Part shown: piece by piece, positions 18,574 through 24,960 of the stretch
How the letters are laid out: each line of letters starts with the position of its first letter
How positions within the stretch are numbered: position 1 is the stretch's first letter
Origin: Gemmatimonadaceae bacterium
Lineage (GTDB): Bacteria > Gemmatimonadota > Gemmatimonadetes > Gemmatimonadales > Gemmatimonadaceae
Assembly: GCA_035701265.1 (NCBI GenBank)
Contig: DASSNU010000015.1
Location: 8,393 to 72,392, forward strand
Direction of reading: 5' to 3'
DNA: 64,000 bases
Made by a program: the position numbers and the translations under genes
Notes under the pieces: model-generated
Told to the model about the DNA's origin: nothing
What the model saw: only the letters and a program-made list of their open reading frames with translations
Databases searched by the model: none

Positions 18574-18962
18574 CCACGCGCACGGTGGGAGAGGAGATCA
18601 TCGCGGGGCTGGAGGAAGCGCTCGCCTACGAGCGCGGCGAGCTGAAGGGGGTGAAGGTGACGCGCGCCACGCTCGCCACGCAACGCGCGGGCGTCGCGCC
18701 CGCGCCGAGCGTGGGCGCGCAGGGAATCATGGCGCTGCGCGAGCGGCTGCGGCTGTCGCAGCCCGTGTTCGCGGCGGCGCTCAACGTGAGCCCGGAGACG
18801 GTGAAGAAGTGGGAGCAGGGGACGCGCGATCCGGACGGCGCCGCGCTCCGTCTGCTCGAGCTGGCCGACGCTCACCCCGAGTGGATCATCGAGCGGATCA
18901 CCGCCGCGCCAGCGCGTACGCGATCACCGCGCGGGACAGCCCGACATTCTCGCCGTCGATGA
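18570..18962 (+). CDS. XRE-type HTH antitoxin (HigA-like) partner of the upstream toxin
   Basis: ATG 18570 overlaps the toxin stop (ATGA). The HTH reads LRERLRLSQPVFAAALNVSPETVKKWEQGTRDPDGAALRLL. The toxin-first gene order is typical of HigBA modules. The C-terminal tail extends into the duplicated segment described in the findings. Confidence 0.78.
   Translation: MTTRTVGEEIIAGLEEALAYERGELKGVKVTRATLATQRAGVAPAPSVGAQGIMALRERLRLSQPVFAAALNVSPETVKKWEQGTRDPDGAALRLLELADAHPEWIIERITAAPARTRSPRGTARHSRRR
18897..18933. repeat. Left copy of a 37-bp perfect direct repeat (atcaccgccgcgccagcgcgtacgcgatcaccgcgcg)
   Basis: Identical to 20029-20065. Weaker similarity extends upstream (18841-18896 versus 19939-20028). 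The minus strand of this copy encodes ...SRAVIAYALARR*, a duplicate of the C-terminus of the gene ending at 20030. Confidence 0.85.
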
Positions 18963-19019
18963 GCTCGTCCAGAAGCTCGCATCCGGATCGGCGAATCGCG
19001 TGCGAACGCGAGAACGTCC

Positions 19020-19271
19020 TTACGGATCGCACGTCTCGTCCCGTTCCCACCATCTGTCGGGCAAGTCGCGTTGTGCTATCTCGCACGGCACGAAGTCAAT
19101 GCGCACGACCGCATCCAGCGCCCGGGCGAGCTCGGCGAGAGTGGACAACCGTGGGTTGGCCGTGCCGGATTCGAGGCGCGCGATGGCGGGCTGCCTTGTG
19201 CCGAGTTGCTCCGCCAGCGCCTCCTGACTGAGACCGCGGCGCTGCCGGAGCCGCAGGACCGCTTCTGCCAC
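19020..19271 (-). CDS. XRE-type HTH antitoxin (second HigA-like protein)
   Basis: VAEAVLRLRQRRGLSQEALAEQLGTRQPAIARLESGTANPRLSTLAELARALD is a canonical Cro/C1 HTH. The start is taken at GTG 19271. The longer track ORF (155 aa) overlaps the toxin gene and has a low-complexity, basic N-terminus. Confidence 0.7.
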   Translation of the reverse strand: MAEAVLRLRQRRGLSQEALAEQLGTRQPAIARLESGTANPRLSTLAELARALDAVVRIDFVPCEIAQRDLPDRWWERDETCDP

Positions 19272-19326
19272 ATCGAACGAGGGCTGGCGCAGCCACTCCT
19301 TCAGGAAGGAAGCGCTACCGAGCCGC

Positions 19327-19764
19327 TCAGACAGGCGGGATCTCGACCTCTTGGAGCGAGTACGCGCCGCGCTCGAGGGCACCGATGAGCGTCGAGCAGC
19401 GGACGAGGTCTTGCGCGTCGCGTTTGTCACGTTTTTTCGAGACGGAATGGAGGAAGACGATACGCCGGTGTTCCCGGTCGGGTACAAAGAAGTACAATCG
19501 CCAGGGGCTGGGCTTGGCTTTCAGGACGTAGACGCCAACCGATCGCCCCTCGAACGTGCACTGGCCTAGCTTCTCGTAGCGCGGGCGCCCCTTCCCGCGT
19601 TCCGGAGGACATCCAGCCAGCCGCAGCAGGCGAAGCTGCCGCAGGATGGTGGCGAGCTCCCGATCGTTCGCGTCGCAGTAGGCGTCGCTGGATGGACGCC
19701 TGGTCCCCCGCACCACTTCGAGCAGTTGCCAACCGCCCGCCCGATCGGGAGGGGTATAACACAT
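19327..19764 (-). CDS. Gp49/HigB-like RelE-superfamily toxin
   Basis: GVYVLKAKPSPWRLYFFVPDREHRRIVFLHSVSKKRDKRDAQDLVRCSTL matches the y-R-l-y-F...iv-llh-f-KK pattern of phage Gp49-like toxins. It is followed by an HTH gene. Confidence 0.65.
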   Translation of the reverse strand: MCYTPPDRAGGWQLLEVVRGTRRPSSDAYCDANDRELATILRQLRLLRLAGCPPERGKGRPRYEKLGQCTFEGRSVGVYVLKAKPSPWRLYFFVPDREHRRIVFLHSVSKKRDKRDAQDLVRCSTLIGALERGAYSLQEVEIPPV

Positions 19765-19776
19765 ATGTTATACCCC
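19751..19776. promoter_or_regulatory. Perfect 9-bp palindrome GGGGTATAA-N8-TTATACCCC overlapping the toxin start codon (candidate operator)
   Basis: Left arm 19751-19759 and right arm 19768-19776; the ATG (minus strand, 19764) lies in the spacer. A possible promoter sits just upstream on the minus strand: TTGCGA, 17 nt, CATATT. Confidence 0.5.
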
Positions 19777-20028
19777 CGGAATATGACGAGGCTCGGCTGT
19801 GATCGCAACCGGAGCGCCTGCGGGCAGTAGTTGCGCGGCCATGACTGCGCACACTGGGGGCAGTCGAGGCACACCGCACCATCATTCGATTGGCGGGAAG
19901 AGCAGAAGTCGGCGGAAGTGATCCGCGCCGGCAGGGCCCCGCGCTCAAGCCTACTCGCGCTGGCCGACGCTCACCAGGACCGAACGGGTCGAGCGCGTTA
20001 GCGAGCGAATGATCGCGCCATCGAGCGC

Positions 20029-20065
20029 ATCACCGCCGCGCCAGCGCGTACGCGATCACCGCGCG
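20029..20065. repeat. Right copy of the 37-bp perfect direct repeat
   Basis: Identical to 18897-18933. It overlaps the true 3' end of the nucleotidyltransferase gene. The flanking 19939-20028 is a degenerate copy of the 3' end of the HigA-like gene (LLALADAH... versus LLELADAH...). Confidence 0.85.
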
Positions 20066-21043
20066 CGGCGAGCCCTCGGCCAGCGCGCCGCCCGCGGCGA
20101 TGAGCCGGCGCGCGGCGTGGCGCCCCTGCACGCGGACGGCGATCTCCGCGCGGAGCCGCCCCACGCGCCGCACCGCGCGCCATGACGCCTCCGGCACGCG
20201 CGCAGCGGGCACGCGCGCGTCGAGCACGTGCGCCGCGCCCAGGAGCGTCTCCATGGCGCGGCGCTCCACGCTCGCGTGCACGAACGCCGAGACGCGCGCG
20301 AGGTCCACCTGCGGATCGCTCACCACTGCGGCCACGTCGATCACGTCGCGCAGCGTGTAGCGGAGCATCCGGCTGGCGGTCGCGTGCGCGAGCGTGTGCT
20401 CGGCCAGCGCGGCCGGCGAGGGGAGCCACACCGGCGCGCCGCCAACCTCCACCTCACGCGCGTCCTGCCAGATGTCGACGCGCGCTCCGTCGGCGCCGTG
20501 CCGCCGCGCGAGGCGCGTGTGAATCTCCACCGGCAGCCAGCCAGGGAGCGCGATGGCGTCCAGGTGGTGATGCCCGGGGATGTGTTCCACCACGGCGTAT
20601 CCCATCTCGCACTGCAGCGCGCGGTGCAGCAGCTCGGCGCCCGCGCGATCGTCGACCAGGAGGTCGATGTCATCCATGGTGCGCGAGGCCGCGGTGTGCG
20701 CGCCGGCCAGGAGACGCGCGGCGCCCTTGAGCGCCATCACGCGCACGCCGCATCGCGCAGCCAGCATGGCGATGCGCGCGAGCTGCGGCGCCACGCGGAG
20801 CGACTGGCCGAGCGCGAGCTGCGCGTCGTCCTTGAGCAGGGCGCGCACGTGCGCGGGAAGATCCAGCGCGTGTCCCGCGTCGAGCATCCACCCCCACACC
20901 GCGGGTCCGCACCGCTCGTAGCGCAGCACGCGGCGCCACCACGACGCGTCGGCGTCCGATGCGCGGCGCAGCACGGTGGCACCCGGCTGCTCGCGGCGCA
21001 CGGCGCTCGAGAGGAGATCGTGAATGGCGGAGGCGATGGACAT
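20030..21043 (-). CDS. Uncharacterised nucleotidyltransferase (NTP_transf_5 / PF14907-like)
   Basis: VRVMALKGAARLLAGAHTAASRTMDDIDLLVDDRAGAELLHRAL matches the KG...R..DiDlLV core of this family. The start is at ATG 21043 (MSIASAIH). The upstream part of the track ORF is Arg/Ser-rich junk. Confidence 0.7.
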   Translation of the reverse strand: MSIASAIHDLLSSAVRREQPGATVLRRASDADASWWRRVLRYERCGPAVWGWMLDAGHALDLPAHVRALLKDDAQLALGQSLRVAPQLARIAMLAARCGVRVMALKGAARLLAGAHTAASRTMDDIDLLVDDRAGAELLHRALQCEMGYAVVEHIPGHHHLDAIALPGWLPVEIHTRLARRHGADGARVDIWQDAREVEVGGAPVWLPSPAALAEHTLAHATASRMLRYTLRDVIDVAAVVSDPQVDLARVSAFVHASVERRAMETLLGAAHVLDARVPAARVPEASWRAVRRVGRLRAEIAVRVQGRHAARRLIAAGGALAEGSPRAVIAYALARR

Positions 21044-21074
21044 CGTGCGCGCGGAGTGCGGCGGTGCGCGAGCG

Positions 21075-21938
21075 CTACGGAACGAGGAACGCCGGCTGGC
21101 GATCGTCCTGCGAGCGCGCGAGCAGCACGCGGCGGCGGTGATCGGACACCGTGTAGGCCACCAGATCGGCGGCGCCGCTCGTGGGGACGAGCGCGCCCAC
21201 GCAGTACGACGCATCGCACGCGGGCTCTCCCATGTCCTGCGACTCGATCGGGAAAGCGTCCGTGGCACCGGTGCCCAGCGTCACCACGTGCAGCGCGTTC
21301 CCCACGCCGGGCGTGTAGACGATGCGCGTGCCGTCGGCGGTCCATGCCGGCTCGAAAGCGCCGCTCGCTTCGTGCGTCACCTGCTCGGCCGTTCCTCCGG
21401 CGGCGGCGACGACGAACACCTGCGACGTCCCCGTGCTCACCGAGGCGAAGGCGATCATCGAGCCATCGGGGCTCCACGCCGGCGACTGCTCCGGCACCGA
21501 CGCCGCGGATCCGGTGGCAAGGGCAGCCACGTTGGCGCCGCTCGCGTCCATCACGTACACGCGAACGATCCCGCTCCGATCGCTGGCGAACGCAACGCGT
21601 GAGCCGTCGGGTGAGAGGGCGGGAGCGAAGTCCGCCGCGGCGTTGGTGGTGAGACGCTGCACGTTCGCGCCGTCGTTCGCGGCAGTGTAGATCTCGCTGT
21701 TGCCATCACGATCGGAGGTGAAGACGAGCTTTCCGGCGGCGCTGTGCGGCTCGCTCTCGTTGCTCGTGGTCTCCGTGATGGGTGTGACGACGCCGCTCTC
21801 CGCATCGAGCGAGTAGAGCTGCGAGTGGCCGGCATCGTCGGTGGAGACGAAGACGATGGGCGCGAACGGCGGGAATGGCGGATCGCCGCCCGGACCGGCG
21901 CCGTCGCTGCACGCCAGGAGCACGGCGGCGGCGAACAT
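21075..21938 (-). CDS. TolB-like (PD40/WD40-like) beta-propeller lipoprotein, paralog 1
   Basis: MFAAAVLLAC is a lipobox-type signal. Repeated motifs follow: SPDGSRVAFASDRSG, VYVMDASGANV, SPDGSMIAFASV. Confidence 0.78.
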   Translation of the reverse strand: MFAAAVLLACSDGAGPGGDPPFPPFAPIVFVSTDDAGHSQLYSLDAESGVVTPITETTSNESEPHSAAGKLVFTSDRDGNSEIYTAANDGANVQRLTTNAAADFAPALSPDGSRVAFASDRSGIVRVYVMDASGANVAALATGSAASVPEQSPAWSPDGSMIAFASVSTGTSQVFVVAAAGGTAEQVTHEASGAFEPAWTADGTRIVYTPGVGNALHVVTLGTGATDAFPIESQDMGEPACDASYCVGALVPTSGAADLVAYTVSDHRRRVLLARSQDDRQPAFLVP

Positions 21939-22015
21939 CGCGATTCCCGCGCGCGAGCGTGCGACGCGCCATCCAGCGCCGCGTCCGCGACGCTCGTGCA
22001 ACGGTGCGCGATGCG

Positions 22016-22855
22016 TTACGCGAGACACGGTTCCTCCGCCACCGCTTCGGCGAGCGTGTGGGCCACGCGGTGTAGTTGCGCCGGCGAGTGCTCGAGCAGG
22101 CGCACCGGCACCGACTGCACCATGTGCGCGAGCAGGCGCAGGTGCGCGGCGGCGTGCCGGTCGTTCACCATCACCCAGCGCGACTGCCGCACGAGCGCGG
22201 CGAGTGCGTCGAGGGGGCGGAGGTGGTGCACGGCGTCGTGCGCGGCGAAGCGGACGAAGATGATCGCGGCGAGCGAAGCGGAGCGCGCGGTGTGCGCCGT
22301 CACCGGCATGCGGCGGCGCGGGTCGGCGACGTCGGCGGCGTGCGCCCAGCGTGCCAGCTCGGGAAAGTGATCGATGAGGGCGTCGCTCACGTGCAGCGGC
22401 TCGCGCCACGCGTGACAGCGTACCGCGTCCCCGTCCCGCTCCACCACCACGCCGTCATCGCCCAGCACGCCCCATCCCGCGCGCGCGAGCGCGTAGGTGA
22501 GCGTGGATTTTCCGCTGCAGCTGTCGCCGGCGAGGAGCCAGGCACGTCCGGTGGGATCCACCACGCCGGCGGCGTGCACGTGGTAGCGTCCGCGAGAGCG
22601 CAGCCGCTGGATGGCACCCGCGCGCGCGAGCACCTGTCGCGCTGCGCGCGATGCGCTCTCGAAGCCGGTTCCCCTCTCGAGCCGTCCGCCGCGAACGTGC
22701 AGCTCGGCGCCTTCCGTATCGTGACGGAGGTGCACCGTGTCGCCGCGCACGAGCCCGGTGACGGGGCCGAACTTCCAGGGGAGATCGGCGCCGCGTGGAG
22801 TGATGCTCTGTGCGGTGCGGGTGCGGCGAGCGGCTGCGCGCGACTGAGCGCGCAC
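22016..22855 (-). CDS. HPr kinase/phosphorylase C-terminal-domain-like P-loop protein (HprK-related kinase)
   Basis: HAAGVVDPTGRAWLLAGDSCSGKSTLTYALARAGWGVLGDDGVVV matches the HprK catalytic-domain P-loop region. GTG 22855 overlaps the TAG of the upstream small ORF (TAGTG). Upstream of that point, G/C-ending codons in this frame fall to 23/42. Confidence 0.72.
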   Translation of the reverse strand: MRAQSRAAARRTRTAQSITPRGADLPWKFGPVTGLVRGDTVHLRHDTEGAELHVRGGRLERGTGFESASRAARQVLARAGAIQRLRSRGRYHVHAAGVVDPTGRAWLLAGDSCSGKSTLTYALARAGWGVLGDDGVVVERDGDAVRCHAWREPLHVSDALIDHFPELARWAHAADVADPRRRMPVTAHTARSASLAAIIFVRFAAHDAVHHLRPLDALAALVRQSRWVMVNDRHAAAHLRLLAHMVQSVPVRLLEHSPAQLHRVAHTLAEAVAEEPCLA

Positions 22856-23022
22856 TAGCAGGGCGGATCGGGGGGTACGCCGCTGCACGTCTGGCCGGCC
22901 TGCAGGAGATAGAGCCCGGTGAAACCGGAGACGTTGAGCGTGAGCTCGGTGAGCGATGCGTGTCGCACCAGCGCCGGGGGGCACCAGGGGCGTGGCCTCT
23001 TCTCGATTGTACTGATTGTCAT
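22855..23022 (-). CDS. 55-aa small protein, candidate modified-peptide precursor: MTISTIEKRPRPWCPPALVRHASLTELTLNVSGFTGLYLLQAGQTCSGVPPDPPC
   Basis: 45 of 55 codons end in G/C, against 23 of 42 in the overlapping kinase frame. A GGGGAAG Shine-Dalgarno-like element lies 6 nt before the ATG. The stop overlaps the kinase start. I recognised no homolog. Confidence 0.5.
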   Translation of the reverse strand: MTISTIEKRPRPWCPPALVRHASLTELTLNVSGFTGLYLLQAGQTCSGVPPDPPC

Positions 23023-23146
23023 GAGGTCTTCCCCTGTGGTGGGCGCCGCGCCCCGAGCAAGAACTGCTCCGATCACGTATCTGACGATCCAGGGCCCCTT
23101 TGGAGTAACAGTCTGGGTGTCACACCAGGGGGTGAGATGTGAAGGC

Positions 23147-23181
23147 GCCTGGCAGGGGCCGGTACTGCGCCCCCACCAGGC
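23147..23181 (-). terminator. GC-rich stem-loop between TolB-like paralog 2 and the small ORF (possible terminator or attenuator; no U-tract)
   Basis: Arms gcctggcaggggc (23147-23159) and gcccccaccaggc (23169-23181) pair 6+5 bp around a 2-nt mismatch, with a 9-nt loop. Confidence 0.25.
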
Positions 23182-23208
23182 GGTCCCCCCATTCGAGTCG
23201 AGCTATGA

Positions 23209-24234
23209 CTAGCGGTGCAGGATCGCGGGCTGGCGGGCGGTGCCGAAGGCCGGTACGACGTCGGCCGGTGTGCCAGCGGCTGCCGCGTAGAAGTCCACGT
23301 CGGAGCCCGCTGCGGTGGTGACCGCGGCCACGCACCCATCCGCCGAGCACGACGGCTCGCTCACGCCGAGCGTCGCGGTGGCGTATTCGGCCACGGCTTG
23401 CGTGGAAACGTTCACGGAGCGAAGGCGCAGCCCACCCGCGTCGGCCACGTAGACGATCGAGCTGCCGTCGGCGCTCCACGTGGGGAGGAAGGCGCCGTTG
23501 AACTCGTGCGTCACCTGCACGGCGGATCCGCCGGCGGCGGGGACGACGAACACCTGCGACGTGCCGGTGCGGACGGAGGTGAAGGCGATCATCGAGCCGT
23601 CGGGGCTCCAGGCGGGCGCGTCTTCCGGCGTCCAGCTCTGCGAGCCGGTGGCGAGCTCCACCTGGTTGGCGCCGGTGCTGTCCATCACGTAGAGGCGTGC
23701 GGTGCCGCTCCGGTTGCTCACGAAGGCCACGTGCGCGCCGTCGGGGGAGAGCGCCGCCTGGTCGTTGGTGCCGGCGGTGGTGAGCTGCGCGACCGACTGG
23801 CCGGCGACATCGGTGATGAAGATCTGCGCAACGCCGTTCCGATCGGAGGTGAAGACGATCCGTCCCGCTGCGCTACTCGGCGCGAAGTCGTTCGCGTTGC
23901 TCGTCATGAGCCGCGAGACGGTGCCGCCGCTGTAGATGTAGAGCTGGTCGCTCCCGCTGGCGTTGGAGACGAAGGCGAACTCGAGCGATGCAGGCGCCAC
24001 GGTGGAGTCCTGCTTCGGCTTCTTGCTGCCCTTTTCACCGCCGTTGGACGGCGAGTTGCCGCCCTTGGCGAGCTCGCCCGTCTGGGTGAGTCCGGTGCCG
24101 AGCTGGTTGGAGCAGGCGCTTGCGCTGGCGATCAGTGTGACGATTGCAATCGCGAGCACCTGGCGGCGCGCGCGTGAGCCGTTGGTGCGCGCCGAGCGAT
24201 TGTCCGTCGCTGCACTCTGGCGGGAGTTCGACAT
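23209..24234 (-). CDS. TolB-like (PD40) beta-propeller lipoprotein, paralog 2
   Basis: The signal plus lipobox reads RRQVLAIAIVTLIASASAC. Repeats include SPDGAHVAFVSNRSG, LYVMDSTGANQ and SPDGSMIAFTSVRTGTSQVFVV. It is collinear with paralog 1, including the C-terminal C-x4-C and RQPA motifs. The start is at ATG 24234. Confidence 0.78.
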   Translation of the reverse strand: MSNSRQSAATDNRSARTNGSRARRQVLAIAIVTLIASASACSNQLGTGLTQTGELAKGGNSPSNGGEKGSKKPKQDSTVAPASLEFAFVSNASGSDQLYIYSGGTVSRLMTSNANDFAPSSAAGRIVFTSDRNGVAQIFITDVAGQSVAQLTTAGTNDQAALSPDGAHVAFVSNRSGTARLYVMDSTGANQVELATGSQSWTPEDAPAWSPDGSMIAFTSVRTGTSQVFVVPAAGGSAVQVTHEFNGAFLPTWSADGSSIVYVADAGGLRLRSVNVSTQAVAEYATATLGVSEPSCSADGCVAAVTTAAGSDVDFYAAAAGTPADVVPAFGTARQPAILHR

Positions 24235-24768
24235 GGGGGGGTCTCCTGGAGTGGTTCGTCGTGCTGCTGTTTGGATCGAGCGTGGCCCGATCGCGCCTTT
24301 CTGACCCAAAAGACTGGCCCAGTTTCCAAACTGTCACATTATTTGTCACTCATGAGGTCTAGCTGATATTGGAAAGGAATTTGTGGGCATAGTGACTGAA
24401 AACGTGCGGTTTGGCGGGGTGTCGGCGCGTTTTGAGACGGGATGGGCGAGCGCCCGCGATTCCGGGGGTGATCTATCGGAGCGATCGGACTGGCGGCGGT
24501 GATACGATCGTCTTCCAGACTTCACCGCCCTGTCCATTTCCACAGGGCCGCCAAGTACCACGGGGCCGCCAAGCGCGCACGGCGGCACATGCCGCCATCC
24601 GATCGACCGTCTCCTCATCCACTCTCGACACCTCCCACTTTGAATGCCGCGTTCGGCAGGCTTCGACGCCGGGCGATGCAGATTTCAACGCCGCGTTCGG
24701 CAGGCGGCTGGTGGTGCCATTCCGTCCTCCACTCGACCCTCCTCTCCTGCAGCACCATGTAATCAAGT

Positions 24769-24919
24769 GATATCGCCCGCGATACCATGCGAACAGGATC
24801 CCAGGTGATGAGCTGTGATCAGATGGTATCGCCCGCGATACCATACGATGACGATGCCATGTGATGAGGTGGTATCGCCCGCGATATCACTTGGATGAGG
24901 TGGTATCACCCGCGATATC
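24769..24919. repeat. Four copies of an 18-bp palindromic element G(G/A)TATC(G/A)CCCGCGATA(C/T)C
   Basis: Copies lie at 24769-24786, 24825-24842, 24871-24888 and 24902-24919. The arms GGTATCGC and GCGATACC are exact complements. The last two copies sit in a 31-bp tandem unit (gatgaggtggtatc.cccgcgatatcacttg). Confidence 0.85.
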
Positions 24920-24960
24920 ACTTGATCGCAGGGCGCGGGAGACGGAGGGGTGCAGGGTGG

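Noticed and set aside
18898-19086. 62-aa minus-strand ORF ending in SRAVIAYALARR.
   Set aside because: Its C-terminus is simply the duplicated 3' end of the nucleotidyltransferase gene inside the 37-bp repeat, and the rest has no coding character. I treat it as a duplication remnant, not a gene.
22016-22984. Kinase starting at GTG 22984 (322-aa track ORF).
   Set aside because: Between 22858 and 22984 this frame has only 23 of 42 G/C-ending codons and an Arg-rich sequence, whereas the overlapping small-ORF frame has strong GC3 bias. GTG 22855 gives a typical domain-sized protein.
22855-23022. Lasso-peptide precursor.
   Set aside because: The leader-like PxLxxx(A)xxxxxT motif is present. However, the putative core lacks Asp or Glu at positions 7-9 for either cleavage register I tried, and no lasso cyclase (Asn-synthetase-like) or transglutaminase-like peptidase gene is in the window.
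24323-24345. Bacteroidetes-type -7 (TAnnTTTG) / -33 (TTTG) promoter upstream of the TolB-like operon.
   Set aside because: TTTGG strings are present on the minus strand, but no TAnnTTTG match could be aligned in either upstream region.
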